From Lepidodermella squamata (lineage: Eukaryota; Animalia; Gastrotricha): a DNA stretch of 64,000 nt. Position 1 is the stretch's first letter. Every line of letters starts with the position of its first letter. Under the pieces are notes generated by a model. That model saw nothing but the letters and a program-made list of their open reading frames with translations. It searched no databases and was not told where the DNA came from. The stretch is from contig JBLDXI010000055.1 of NCBI GenBank assembly GCA_047495785.1, positions 186,001 through 250,000 of the forward strand. The letters run 5' to 3'. A program made the translations under genes and the position numbers. Shown here one piece after another: positions 41,401 to 56,251 of this stretch.

Positions 41401-44400
41401 CTTCAGCGTTAACGGATAGTTTTGACCGGAGGAGCGGTTTGCCGGCCTCAACGACCGGGTCTGACCATGGCCGTGTAGTTCGAATGCATCTGCTCGGTTA
41501 CTCGCTTGTAGTGAATCAAACTGAATTTCAGCAACTTGGACCTGATATAACAGCTTGCACGTTGACTAACTGCAAACCTGCATCGTCTTATACCATAGAA
41601 ATTATCGCTCAAACATGCATTGACCCGGTTTACAAGATGCGAATAGGCAGTGGGCCGGGCAAGACAGGGCATGGTAGGCGGAAGGCTCGGCAAAGTAACT
41701 CGCCTGAGCCTAGCCCCTTCAACTCGTCAATACCTCGAGATGATATCGACGAGAACAGATTCCGGCCCATCAACGTCAAATTGCCGTCAATCGTGCCCGG
41801 TTGCATTCTATCAGCCTCGTTACATATACAGAGCACCCCGACGTATGACCGTGTTTCTTCAAACGCAGTTTCGTCGAAAATCGTTGTGCTATGGGATGCA
41901 AATACAACGCCGACTAACGTGATAAAGCAATTTTCGATTTCATACCAGTGCGAACGGACTCGGCAGCAAGTTTCGAAAATTTTCGACTCGGCAGCTCGGC
42001 AATATGTTATTACGAACTTGGAACCTGGTACAGTGTACACCGTCGCAATTGATAGCGCTGGCTCCAGCTACCCTGCCTCGGTGATGGGTTCGAAAAGCCA
42101 GCGATACAACAATACCCCGGTTACAGTTTGCCTGCAAATCGCTACCCCTGGCCCGCCTGAAATGCCTAAGCTGATAGTTGTAAAGCGAACGTCGTCAATT
42201 TTATCACTGGCATGGACAGATCCGAGACTGGTTTCGGGCGATGACCGTACATTGATAGGGTTTAAAATAGTCCTAGACGAGGCAGATTACACTGAGTTAT
42301 TGCCGCCGAGTTGCCACGGATTTTCAGTTCCGATCGCGGTTCTGAGTCCGGCGAGGCGTATCTGCGTCGCTGCAGTCCTTACTTCGCCTGAAAACGCGTC
42401 AAGGACTTGGAGTCTGCTGTCGAACGCCGTTGGTTTGATAGGGACTATGGCTTGGAATGCATCGGGCGATGGTGCTTACGTCGAAGATTCAATGACGGAA
42501 GACGCGGGGAGGCGGCCGTTGCCTTTACCGGTCGAAGATAACGACGAGCAGCCCGAGGCAATCGGATCATCAGGCGACCGGATTGACATTCGAGTTTTGC
42601 GGATGGACGATTCTCAAATTGTTATTGGTTGGAATTTGAACTCTGCCTCGCTTGGTGACGATATGAGTGACAATATCGACAGTGCCGGCGTAATTTTTCA
42701 ACTGACCTACACGTGCAGTGGCCAACCGACGGAGAAATTCGTAACAATTCCAGCTCATCATAACTCGTACACATTGTCCCCAATCATACCGGGCGCGTCT
42801 TACAAGTTTCATGTCATGGCTCTATCTGGAAGTTCGGTGGGTAAGTCTCGTGGTAATAAGCGAATGGCTCTAGCTTCATCGCGGGAGTTGACTGTCGAAA
42901 CACCCGCGCCGCCTGATAGTCCAAAGCTGCGACTTCGAGCTGTTAATTTCGAGTACGTGACCATCGAATGGCCTAAGCCGAAAAGCTACGGAAACGCTAA
43001 CATCACCGCTTACAAGGTATACGTCAACTCGGTGTTAGAAATCACCTTGCCGACTAATCAGTTGACATTCACGTATTCGAGGGGGCGTGGTTGCTCGGAA
43101 TACACGTTTCAAGTTCAAGCTGTTGCCGGGTCTAATTACATGTCTTCGTTATCAGAGCCTCTAACGATGACATGGCCTGGTGTTAGACCCCCTGAACTCA
43201 CCAGGTATCAAGCATCGGATGAGGCTACTATGATTCGAGTGGTTAGTGATGTTTTGTATTGAAAATTGTCTTGGCTTAAAAAATTCTTTTTTTTTACAGG
43301 GCTGGGAGGCTCCGTATGCCACGCCTGGTGTGACTATTCGAGAGCTATTCGTCCATGTTGTCGACCGAGCTACCCGTAAACTCATCCATAAAGTTGGACC
43401 AGTTCACCCTGATTGCCGAGAGGCTGAATTCATCAACCCATTCTTATCCGGAATTTCCTCTTCTGTCATCGCACCATCAGGCGGTTCTGTAAATGGTTTC
43501 AATATTTTCCTGGAGGTTTGCGTGGCTGGTGTGGGCGGTGGCCAGTCTTTCTGGTCGGCGCCCTTGCCGTTAGTCCACAGTGACTTACCGCCAGCCCCGG
43601 CTGTATCCGCTCGACTTCTCGGTCTTGACGACCGGATGCGGGTTGAAAATCGGGCTTCTCGTCTTATCAATCGGCGGGACATTATTGCGACAAAGCTAGC
43701 CGACAGCATGGCCGGGGCGCAACAAGTCACGCCTGGCATCAAGGAGCGCCATCGCCGGCATAAGAAGCACCACCACGGCAAAACACCGCGCGATTACGAG
43801 CAGCATTTAATGGGGAAACTCGGCGATTTGGACCGGAAATTATTGAAAGTCCTAATGGCGCTGGAGCAATATTCCGGCGAGGCTGTTGTTTCGTTGACAG
43901 TTCATATACCTATGATAATTACACCTGAAATGTCTTCACCAGGCGGCGGCGTGACTGGCTTCCGAATTTTTGTTGACGGTAAACAGTTGAAAACAGTTTC
44001 GACCCAATCAGTCCACCCGGGTCAGCAAATGTCGCCGAGAACTAGCGAGGAGCAGCAGCTGCATGAAATTCGAATTCGGCTGCCGATTCGTAAAAATTTG
44101 AGCGGAATATTAGTTGCAGAGAAGCCGCATCGTATCAACGTGGCCTGCGTCTCGCGAGCTGGAACTATCGGCCCATTGTCGTCAGCCGTTGAAGTTTCAA
44201 CGCATCCATTCCGGCCTTTTGTCCACTTTTGCAATTTTCTAGCGAAACCAAGCGCATGCCATCCGCCGATATCTCAAGCGCAAGCAGCAGCTAGTGCCTC
44301 TTCGGTTGTTCCTGGCGACGAGTTGTACTCGCATTGCCGATTTTTGGACGTTTTCCGGCGTGATGTTGCCGTTCGAAGGTATTTCAGCAACCGCATTTTG

Positions 44401-45310
44401 CCGCCTATCGAAGTCACCCTGGCGCTTGATTCGTCAGTCTTCGATTTGGCGACAAGACGGACCCTGTTCTTGCGGACGTTGGCCCGCGGGAATCGAGCTT
44501 TGATCGTCGCTCTATTTGTCGAAGCATCTGTTTGCGCTGCGTCTAATCGAGTAAGATTTGAAATTAAAGCAAAAATAAGTTTAACTAATTTTTCCTAACA
44601 GGCATTGTCAATGTTTGCCGATTTCGCATCAGCCTTGGATGGCTTGCATTCTGAAATATCTCTCATCGTAATTCATCACCATCACCAATCCGGAACAGGC
44701 CCCGCCATACCCGAACCATCGCCCCTGGCCTCTGCCCGGCCGGCTCGACCTGGTCACAGAAGTCGCCGCCATGCGAAACGAGCTGTTCAACCCATGGCCG
44801 AGCAGCTTGATCTCGATATAGTTACAAAACCATCTGTCGGATACAGTCTTCTCACTTCGGTGGAGTGCGATGTTGCCGTACCTGTGTCGGAAAGCGTGCG
44901 TAAACACGGCAATGAGGCGAAAAAACTGTGCGAAATCGTTCGACTATCCGGTGTACCCACCTTAATGATTCTCAACGGCGAGACTGGTTTGTTTGAAGGT
45001 TCAAAAATTTCGAATTTGTTTGCTATATCAACTCATTTTTTCAGAATGTGGCTGGGTTGGTCGATTCTGTGCCTTGACATCCACCGAGTTTGGAGCCTTC
45101 ATTAACCACCAGGTCAACATGGTATCAGGTGTCTCATGCGCCTCGCAGGCCATTCGAGATGGAGGACCTGGCTGTGAACACTGTACCAAGGGCGAGAAAA
45201 GGCGGCATAAGTCAAATGATACTGAAGTGGCATCGTTAGTTGGAACAGCGCGAAACGATGCGCTGATGTCTTCGTCAGATCGCCATACAACTACTGATAC
45301 TATGGAATAA
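32494..45310 (+). CDS. Giant uncharacterised protein: cupredoxin-like repeats, Fn3-associated domain, many FN3 repeats, C-terminal thioredoxin-like segment
   Basis: Start MGSTPSTP; repeated GF.P..l.i..GD.V.W.W...H.V / F...G.Y.Y.S units; LYYSLDGSLP; FN3 signatures (W..P, Y.V..dG, L.PGT.Y.V.V); about 25 short introns; stop at 45308-45310. Confidence 0.8.
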
Positions 45311-45626
45311 CAAAAATGCCCACGAGTTTTTACAATAGTCAAATAAGTTTACTGTACACAAACATGATTGTTATATTCTTTCAGCAATGTGTAATACTGT
45401 GATATACTTGATACGCGCATGGCCATCACCACTTTGATTATCGCAAAATTTCAGCAGTAAAATATTAATTTTTCTATACAATGCGTTCGTTTTCTACAGT
45501 TTTTGACGTCCGAAACGCTGTAAATGATGATTGAATTAATAATTACTTATCACACGTTCCGGACTTGTTGTATAATATCGAGCATCAAGCTCGGGAAATT
45601 TACAATTTATGACATGAGACACCGTC

Positions 45627-47814
45627 TTAAATTTGCTGAGCAGTAGATTCGATTGGTTTCGCGCCGTTATTCGGTTGCGCTATATTCTGCCGGTGCTGTA
45701 GCTGATGCTGATCTAACTTGCGGAGTTGTGTCGTTGAAAATTCGCAAATGCCACAGTTATATGTCCTACTGGAGTTAACCGATGGATGTTGCTGTGAAAT
45801 GTGCGCCCTCAACCCGGCGTAGACCCGGAAAGTAGCTGGGCAGTAGTGACACGGGAATTCGCTTTTTTCGACATGCTTGAACGAGGCTTCATTCTGCATA
45901 TCAACGCTACTTGAACTTGACGCCGATTTCTTTCTCTTCGCAGGTGACGGCGAATTGCTGACCTCATTTACAGACAATGATGGGCTGGGTGATGCTGAAC
46001 TAACATTCGTTGTAGGGTAGAATTTCGTCTCAACAATGCCGCCTACTGCGAGTAAAGTCTCAGGTTTCGGCTGATTGTTCGATGAGCAGCCATTTGGAGC
46101 TGTTAGATCAATCGGCGCTCCGTTACCTTGACTCGAAATGGCTACTGGTGGCCACTGGAATAAATTCTGCGATTGCCCAGGCTGGCCCTGGCTCGGCCCC
46201 GGCCAAGTTGGCGACGAATTCGCCGAAACTGAAGAGCTCATCGGCGATGAATTGCCATTGCTTTTCGTCGCGCTACCTGATACTGGTTCCGTGTCACTGC
46301 CAAGGCTAATTGCTGAAATATTTTCGTTCGAACCAACTTTCATCGGCGAAAGATTAGACGGCTTGATACTGTGCTGTAGAGTGAGATGCCGGCTGATTTT
46401 GTCTCTATTATAAAAAATATATTAAGATCATATTTGAACTGGGTTTTCCCTCGGAACCTGTGTTTTGATGTGTAATCACCACAAACGTTGCATCGGTACA
46501 ACGTTACTGCGGGAGTACGGCGGAAGCACTGGCGCCGGGCATCGAAGGTCATTTGATTGGGTGGTTGCATTTGACATGTTCGGATCAAATTTTTTCTCTC
46601 GAAAGCGTGGAATGACTGGACCCAATAGAACGGCTCGCTCTCATTCGCTGAGCTGAGAAATCATACAGTATGATAATAATATTTACCAGAAATTTACCAG
46701 CTGGAATACGTACCTTACTGATGCATTGTCTTGGCTATGTTGCTTCAAAGTTGCCTCATCCACAAGTTCTTGGACCATTGTTTCATGACTTTCGCCCGTT
46801 CCGCCGCTATTAGCACTGCTGTTACCAGGCGGGGATGAACCAGCGCTCGACGTCATGCGATTGTCAAGCTCCGATGCCGTACTCCTCTTACTGCTGATAC
46901 TACTGTTGCAGGAGCCGCGACGCTGCTGATTGACCCGTGCTGTTTTCCCACCTTTGGGTTTATTCGGCGGCATGTCTTCGTCGGATTCAACCGATATCGG
47001 CGTCGAATCGGTACCATCGCTATTGCTGCTTGTCGCAGCATGCTTCATTTCAGACGTTAAGCAGTGTAGGAAAGCGGCCAAAAGTGCCCGCGCATCCACC
47101 TCAACAACAGAGGCGGGTTCGCTACTAGCTGTAAGTACTTCATTATTGCTCGTCGCAAGCCCAGGTGCCATTGATACGAAACCGTGCTGATGCTGGGAGG
47201 CCATAAAACGTTGAAATGGGTCATAGTGCTGAAAAATATACGACGAAAAAATTAGCAAGTTTCCGTGGTTGCGTTCTTACCGGTTGATCGACAGATTTAT
47301 TGGTGATATCAGCGGTTGGTAATATCACAGGCGGAGTTTGAGCTTTAATTAGATGCCTATACATCGAGTCGAGCTGATGAGGACTTCCTTCATCTGGCGA
47401 CCCGGGTAACAGCCCAGACTGCTTGGTTACCTGCTCCATTAGCTGCTTGCGTAGAACATCGGCGAAAAATAATGCCCCAAAATCAGCTGATGAAGCTGAG
47501 GGGAAGCTCATGGCTAGTGAATTTGAGTTCGGAGTCCCGCTAGCGGGCGATCTGTGGTATTCGTCACTTGTTTGCGGCTTGTCGTTCGGAAAATAAGGCT
47601 CCTTGTTGGCATTTGGCTGCGATGCGGGTAAAAGCATCAGCAACTGCTGTGCCATCAAGTGTTGCGGATTCGCCTCTGAAGTTTGATTCATGTTGCTGTT
47701 AGCTTGGTGAAGAAACATCGATTTACTAGCTTTGTTGCCTTGTGGCCACGATTCAGGAGTATCTGGTTTATTACGTGCTCTTACAACGCCTGAAGTGGTA
47801 TTTCTTGACTTCAT
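45627..47814 (-). CDS. C2H2 zinc-finger transcription factor, Q/S-rich
   Basis: FPCHYCPATFRVYAGLRAHISQQH and YNCGICEFSTTQLRKLDQHQLQH, plus YRCNVCGDYTS; multi-exon; start uncertain. Confidence 0.75.
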
Positions 47815-49249
47815 AAACAGCGAATCAAAGACGTGCCTATTTGGCTGAAAAGGTGAAATGTGGTCGTAAAACTTGAGAAATAAAATCTGCCGTCAAAGTG
47901 CGGATGGTTGTGGCAAAATGATAAAAATGTTCTTGTTCATCATTGACCGAATAAAGGCTCGATTTGCGCACTCGCGCTCTCGCTTATTATTAGTGCGCAA
48001 GGTCAAACGTTACGTGTGGTTGCGCTAAACTTATTGACGACACATTTTATTGCTGTTAAAAACGTAGAGCGCGCGAGGCAGTTGTCACGGCCACCATCAC
48101 CACCGCAGAATATGAGGACACAGAAGTGAAGAAAATAGACGCATGAAAGAAATGACCAGTATTTTAAGGTCAGCCTGTGTGGTTATTTCGCATCTTTGAC
48201 TTTCAATCTCGCACTGCTCTCTCAGTGCTATTAGTACATGCTCGTTTTTACCTCAACTTTAAGGTGACTGACCGCGCGCAAAACGAGGCCCGTGATGAAA
48301 ATGTTGCTATTAACGCGTTCATTACAAAACCGTGCCACCAAAATTTGTGGCTCTTTTGTCTCGTGCTCGCGCTCGGGTCATCTCAGTGTGCGACCGGAAG
48401 CCAGGGGCAATAAATAAGCCGAGAGCGGTTTCATGCTGATGTACTCGGTGACTTTGCGCATAAAACCGGTTGGGCAAAACTCTCCACCGTATAATCGCTG
48501 CCGACGCGTCCATCTCAGAAAAGTCTGTAGCACTTGAGACTCGCATTATCCTGGAAGTTTTATTTGTTTTCTTACACGCAAAAAATGGTACAAACTTTCT
48601 AGGTTGAATTACTTTGTGTTTACTTTCCCCGGTAAAACAGGCGAGTTTTTGGTATTTTTGTGATAATATTTTGTGAGAGCACATTGCTGTTTGATGGACT
48701 TCGGCTTTAAATGAGATTGAAAACCTTTTTTAAATCAAATTTTTATTTCAATTAAATTTCATTTCTTTTTAATTAAAACTCAACACTTTTGGCGAATGCG
48801 AAAAAATGCTCGTCTAAAAAAATGGTTGCGAAAGGAACTTCAGCTGAGATCTTTCTACGGCTCACCAACCGCCTATGTAAACCTCTATTTTGTGAAAATC
48901 CACAAGCTATCCACCTCAAATTTATATCGGGATACAGTACTCGAGCCGTGATGTAACTTGTAGTCATTATGGATAATAACGAACTCAAACGTACAAGCAA
49001 CTAAAGCTTTATTACTGCAAAAAAACCTGTACGGAAAAGCTGAATACACGCATACGAAAATGTCTAAATTTTGTTGGAAAAGGTTAATAAAAATAAGTAA
49101 TGGCTATTGGCTATGAGTCAATCTAAAACTCCATCACCGCACATAGAAGGAAAGACAGTCTAATCAAAATTGGCTACACTTAGTTTCCAAGAAGTTTCAT
49201 TATACAGAAAATATAATGCTTGTCGAATGTTAACAGTTATATTCGCCGT

Positions 49250-50902
49250 CTAGAATTTTACTTTGTCGAGTGAATTTTCCAGAAGCTGAATTTCGCCTGA
49301 AAAATGAAGAGTTATAGCTAAGCAATATTTTTTCGCTAAATCTCACCCTTAATTCCAGAAATCAACTGGTGTAGATGATCCTTCTTCTCAATCACTTCAA
49401 TCGATTGCGTGTAAGCGTTGTAACGGACAGTGAATGGGCGATTGATGGTAGCAGCGTAATTGCGCATTTTCACCTTCGCATCCTCAAAACTTTCTGCAAC
49501 GTAATATATCGGTTGAAACGTCGTGATAGGATATTCTTGCACGGCCGTTTTAGCCGGCTCGAATGGGCGGCAATCAGGCTTGTCGGAAAGGCAATATTGC
49601 AGCTCGCCGAACGACGACAGCAGACCGGCGCCATAGGCGCGAAGGCCATCAGCTTGGCGGCAAAGGCCGAACTCAACAGTGAACCAGTAGCAGGTGGCCA
49701 GCTTGACGATATCTTCATCAGAAGCGCCCAGACTTGCAAGGCCGATTTCTTGGCTGAAATCAGCGAAGGCAGGATCGGCAAACAGCGGCACGTGACCGAG
49801 TAATTCGTGGCAAACATCAGGCTCAGGCGTATACATCGGCACGGAATGATGACGGATGTATTGCGTCGAGTGAAAAACTCGGAAGGCTAAACCAGCTAGG
49901 AAGTCGCGGGATGACAGAAGGCCAGCGACTGGGCGCAGGGTGAAGCCTGTGCAGTCTTTGAGGAAATTCGAGACGTCCTCCAGCTGCGGAATGTTATGCT
50001 CATTGTAACCGCAGTTTTCAATCAAAAGCGGCAGCACATAGTTGAATTCCTTGCAGGCATGCGTCGGGTAAAGGCTGGTCAAGTTGCGGAAAATGGTGCC
50101 CCTGTAGGTTACATGAAAATCGTAATAGCCCGTGAATATCCAAAATCTAAATTACCAGGTGGCGATTTCATAGTCCTTGTATTGAACTCGAGGGACGGGA
50201 GAGCCACTAAAAATGACACATAAGTAAAAAATCATTAACGCCTTGCAAAATTCTCACGATTTGTAAGACGCAGCGATTTCAGTAATTTCTCGTCTACGAG
50301 CGCGGTATGCTTCGTCAGTAAAACCCTGTGAATTGACCAAATAAGTATGGTAAGTTTAACAAAAAATCATTTCAAATACTGGATGGTCAGCCTCAAGTTC
50401 GGAACCGTAGCCCAAGACTCGATTAGCAAATAAATCGAGATCCTTCATTTTTCGCGGAAACCAAGGAACTATAACAGAAATAATAGACATTCAAAGAAAT
50501 TGAATTGGAAACGGGCTAACCAGTATTGGTGATATCATGATCAACGCTCAATCTGCGTTCCATTGTAGTCATAACGGTGACAATGGTACCGAGCTCGGTC
50601 AGGACGGTTTTATAATCGCTATCACTGTCAACCGTGATCAAAAACTCGTATTCGTCTCGAGTACGCTTCGACGGGCGCGATTCGATGTGGTGCAACGATA
50701 CTGAGTGATCCTGCGATCAAAAAATAAGCAATTTTCATAAGGTGGATTTTATATTGTGAGAAAAGCCAACTTTGAAAGCTGTCAAAACCGACGATAAAGC
50801 GCCCAGCTTGTTATGCAGTGCAAAAATTATGGTCACAGGGTAGGAAGCGTCGCTTCCTGCGCTCTTCACTTTTTCATCGCTGCGAGTCGATAGTGAATAC
50901 AT
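49250..50902 (-). CDS. PAH: Phenylalanine 4-hydroxylase
   Basis: ACT domain ([15 protein letters not shown]), [57 protein letters not shown]; stop at 49250-49252. Confidence 0.95.
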
Positions 50903-53900
50903 TGTTAAGGAAAAGCAGTAAAATCAATCAAATTGCTCTAGAAAATGAACTTTGGAGCTTGAGCTTGTAGAGTGCAAAAAGTCTGATATAAGGAACCAAG
51001 TAAAAGTACAAAAAATTTGTATCAAGACGAAACCCCAAATAACAATACAAATAAACGCGTGCAGCTAGTGAGTTCAATGTTAGATGTTAGATAGATAGCA
51101 TTAGCGCCAGGAGACGAAAACATGATGGCATAATAACGGGCAGCGAAGCCTTCAGGTTTTACACAGTAATAAAGCAATAAAAAGGTGGTGTGGCACGCAG
51201 CTTGAAGAGCTACATTGAGGATTAGACAGAAGCCTTGAAAAAGAAAAACATCCAACTCACTTGAACCTTAACAAGGCGATATCAATCGTTTGCTGTCAAG
51301 CTGTAACCACAAACCAGTAGAACTGTTTATCACACGATCAAATACGCCTGTAATACACGATCTAAAATCAAAAGTGAAGGCCGAGAAATTACATGAAAGA
51401 AGGGTATGGCTGGGTGCCCTTAAGCGTGTAGTCAAATTAATTAGTGCCTCGTGCGAAGTTGTTTGCATTTTTCCTACCTTGAGCAAAAGTTTGGCCACAG
51501 CCATTAAATAGCTAACACGTTAAAGATGCATATAATTCAATAAAACCAACCATTAAACTACGTAATTAACTAGGAAAAACAAACCCTAACTATATATATA
51601 ATTTAACTGCCAACCTAGTCGTATTCTTCAATTGGATGGGATAGCTGTGTTATTCTAAGAGAAGTTTTTACTGAATACTACGAAGACCGAAGACGGGTAA
51701 TGGAGCGCACATACCAAGACCCAACTAATATTTAGGCAATTGTGATCCTACTGATAAACTCGATCTGTAATAGGAAAGATTATCCCTATTTTCTAGGCGA
51801 TAATTCTAAATTCAGAATAAATCTAGTTTGATTAAAATTGATTTCCACCATGCTACAGTTAACGAATTCAGGGGATACGACTTTGAGGAACTCGCCAACT
51901 GGCAATAATGAATGGAAAATAAAACCAGGCTAGGTTTACAGTTTCTTAATTTTACGAAGATTTTTCAAAACTACACAACTACGGGTCAGAAACCTGGAAG
52001 AACCTCATACGGGTACCCTCGGCAGCATTCAGCATCGGCCAATCGGCAATCGGTAGCTGGTAGCTGATAGCTTGGACTTCTTGGCAGCCATATTCAATCA
52101 GCATAGATGTATAGAGCTATGTCGATCAGTGTCTTTATTTCACAAGCGATAAAAAAGCGACCAGTTCTGATTCGTAAATCTCGGCCGGCACCGTTCAGAT
52201 ACAAGATACATACTTTTTACTCGTGCTATATCAGACAAATTTAGTTGCCCATAGCAATGAACATTTTTTGGCGATATGCCAGAACATAGTCGCAATACTA
52301 CGGATTTTGAAGCCAGAGGTGTAGTTTAGAACATAAAATCCGCAATTTTCCTCGAAAATTTCCAGCTTTAATACTTCACAAAGTTACAATGCCCACTCCT
52401 AGTTCAGGCAACGAAAACTAGAGCCGAGAAAATTTACGCGCAGGCTTCGAGTTGCGTACGACGAAAATAAAACCCTGGTAAATTGCGTCGTATGCAATAC
52501 CTCCAACCTCCAATGTTCTTATACGGATTCAGTAACCTTGTATTCAAGAATAAGTGAGAACTGCAAGAAATGTAACGCACGACTTAAATCAGTCACCGTC
52601 GATAATCAATCACTCAGTTAACAGTTAATTTCAAGTAAAACGAATCCAACATCTAATAAACTGAACTTGGATCGGCTCAGTGATAACTATCACGCATGAT
52701 CCATGACCCAGGCAATTTACAACAAGAATAGCCGAAGCCTACCACGTAACCGAAATCGTCGCAAGGCCAGTGGATATAATTAAAATGAGCAGTACAATTT
52801 GCCAAATTACAGTGATTTACCAAATTCCAGCTCTAGCTCCCCTACGCGCTGTAAAAGGCAAACATCGCGCCTGCATCCTGCACTCTCCAGCAAATCCTAT
52901 GACTGCATCTAAGAAAAAATCTCCATTCTCGCCATCATCATACATTGTGCTGGAATAACTTAAAAAACAAGACGGGAGCAGCTCACATCTCGTTCCTCGT
53001 TCACTTCGGAGCCAAAAAAACAACCATAGCAGCGCGCAGCCAGCAGTTCGTCGATCGCAATTTCATTCAATTTTAGCGCCCAAACAAGTAAACTCACCGA
53101 TAATATAAATTACATAAAAATATGCTCAAAAAAGTTAAGCTAATATAAGTTGATAAAAATTTGTTGCGAATAAAGTCAACGTTTGTCGCATGATAAAGTT
53201 GAAATTTGGGATTTTAGGTCGGGGATGCGTTTTTTTAGTCCGGACTGTTATTAGTTCACAGTTATTTCTACTCGTTATTCAACTAGCTTGGTCTAAGGAG
53301 CGTCACGTGCTACGACACCTTGTTGTGAGCATATCAGGTGAAAAGGGGTGGCTAGTTCAAAAAAAATTAATTCAGAAATGTCTGGAGATTCTCAAATTTT
53401 GTTGAAAAAGCGCAGATGCTGCCAAATCAGTTTACAATCTAATGACGCTCGTAGACCAAGCTTTTCTTTCGAAAATGATCATTTGAGTAGAACCAACTGA
53501 ACTGCTACCATACCGGACTTATAACTCAATGAGCGTTGAAGTTTTATCGATTTATCGGTTGATTCGTTACCTATGCCATAAAGGACCAGTCGAAGACGTG
53601 TCGTGTGTTTAAAAAAGCTCAACACGTTAGCATAACTCAGTTGTAGTGGTTTCCTTTTGGTGGCTATGATCGAAAGATTATAGCGTCTCTTGCACTTGGC
53701 CGGGCTTGGCTAATTTTAGCTTTTTAATGGACGATGTGTACATAAATAGTTAATTGTGCTTCGTTTCTGAAGCAGCGAGTTTTTTAGCGGCATGAAGACC
53801 GAATACTTCTTCTCAGTTTCTTCTCATTCTGGTTGTATTTCCGGAATATCAAGCAGATTCAAGGAGTTTTCTAAAGCAAGTCAGTCGCTTTAGACCACGA

Positions 53901-54964
53901 ATCAGGTTTCGGGTGGCATTTTGAAAATGACTTAGTGTTGAAAATGAGGCAAAATAAATTGTGCATGCATCCCATTGGTCAGGTTACAGTAGTTATTTCT
54001 CGAGTCGCAATTAGAACGCCTAAACGAGAATTTTTCACTACCCACTTGGCCTTGGTTACCTGAGTGCACTAAGCCATCGGACATTCCCATCTTTCCATTA
54101 TAACTTGGTTGTGTTGCCTCCATTTGGTCGTAAACGTTTCCTGATCATCTTTCCGCCTGTTGAGACAAAATGAATCCGAAGAGTCTGAGCTTCAATAAAA
54201 TATCACTTTGCGGCAAAGGTTCTTGATAAAGTGGTTCAACGCATTGTTATCATTCGAAATGGAGCCAGCGTCATCCATCGCTCTCATAAACAAGGATAAT
54301 ATCGTCGTGTGTGTTGCAAAAATTCCTATCCAAATCATCAGCGATTACATTTTTGCCATGTCTCATACATTGCGTCAGCATCGCAGGAATTCGATATTTT
54401 TTCGTCACCCTTTGCTGCATAGTGATGTCGATATTTTCTCCGGTGAAATTGCGGATAATGTGGGAAATGGTATTATTTTTTTTGGATGATGACGAAAAAG
54501 AATAGATCAAAAATTGGCTGTGCAACTCATAATGGGACAAGCGGTAGTATCCACGACTCACTTGCTGAGAATGATGGTCATGAGGAACTTATACGTTTTA
54601 TTTGGCTTTTACAAAAAACATGCCTGTCAAGCGATGCTTAAAGCTTGGGCGATGCTATATTAGAACCGGCTAAAATACGTAATTCAGGGTAACCGCAGAC
54701 GAAAACGAGCGATCGAGTTTTCTGTTCCTTGTTCCGTCCATACGGTAAAATTGATTTCGATTTTGATTGACATTTTTGTTATACCAGTCGCCATATGCAG
54801 TATTATTTTCTTTTCACCGCGCCTAGGTCACAGGTTTTATTGCGGGCTCACGCTTCAGCGGTCATATTTTATGGCTATTCTTTCGTCTTTTGAAACAGGA
54901 GGTTTTATGACCATTCGACCATCTATGCGCTCTTAATTACGAGAAACCGCGCCATAACCCAACA

Positions 54965-55357
54965 TCATGTTGCTGTGTTTACAAATTCTATTCCTTTTTC
55001 ACTCAATCTCCAGCTGCACCTATTAGGATTTTCGGCGTCGGTCGTTGAACGAAGTGGCGGGTCTGCGTCTTTCAACAGATGAACCCTTTCGTCAAAATAT
55101 ATGGACAAACCGCGCATTAGCTTTTCACGTTCTTTTCTTCTAGTTGCCTTTCCATTCAAATATAAGACGCCGGTAAACAACCCATGGTATGTGGTCAATT
55201 TCGTGATGTTGTCGACTGGAATTACTTTACTTCACCGCTCCCAATCAGAGAAAGGTGATGACCTAAAGGCGCCATGGCGACGCGTCGCATTCAACAGCAA
55301 TTGCGTTGAAAAGGTGCGTTGAATCGAGTAGGTCAATCGCCCCTCGCTAGTAACTAC
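54965..55357 (-). pseudogene. Decayed coding-like segment of unknown family
   Basis: About 130 codons in one frame after a ctttcag acceptor, interrupted by one TGA (55232-55234); further exon-like pieces at 53930-54560 do not join into an intact ORF. Confidence 0.3.
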
Positions 55358-56251
55358 CTGAAAGAGATACCAAGTTACAGCCGCGCGTGAAAGAGCAGAT
55401 TCATGCCGTCATAAATGGATTGAACGCTAAAGCCATCATCTTGTTACGCGATTTCATGATAGATAGGCGCGGCGTCGGCTTGTTTTTGTTTACAGTGGAC
55501 TGGTTTCATGCATTTTCTTTTTACATTTTAAAAGCGCGCCAAGAGTTCAAACAAAGGCCCTGTTTTGAACCAACCTTTATAGACCCTCTCGCCTTATAAA
55601 CCTCGGCCGCGCCCAGCCGACGTGATCTTCGCTATTTCAGTTGCTCCTTTTCGCTTCTGTTTTAAAATAGAATATTTTCAACTATTTACTCACACAAGGC
55701 GGCCTCTACGCCTATGTAGCAGCGAATGGGCATCAGCTAAACGCGCTAGAGGTGAATTTGCACCCTTCGCTCCAACTAAATTATATTACCCATCGTTTGT
55801 TCTAGCGAGAACTAATAATTTGATGATCGCGCCGCAAAATATCGCGAAATCGCATCTTAAATGCAGCTTGCAACCACATTAAATAAACTATAAAAACTGA
55901 CCAAATGGTAGGTTTTGCCGGCTTTTTGGTGTATTAGAGAGGTATCTCGTTACAGCGCTGTTAATATACCATAAAGCCAGGTAATTTTCCTTCGCGATTT
56001 GCGTGTTAGTGACTGGGAAAAATAGCACTAGATGCGCGATAACTTTAGCACGAGCGGCGTCTGATGCCTTGATTCATAGAATTGTGGTTGTGATGGATTC
56101 AGAAAGGATCGAGATAGTTTTCATCGGTCAGCAGGCCGGGCAACCATAAGGCGAGCAGACGCGCGCGCCCGCACACCGGTTAACCTAAAATATTAGGAGG
56201 CGTGATTTCTATCATGTATACGCGAGCGCTCTCGATACGTTCGGACACTAA

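Noticed and set aside
55232-55234. Selenocysteine TGA
   Set aside because: No redox motif, no recognisable selenoprotein family and no SECIS seen.
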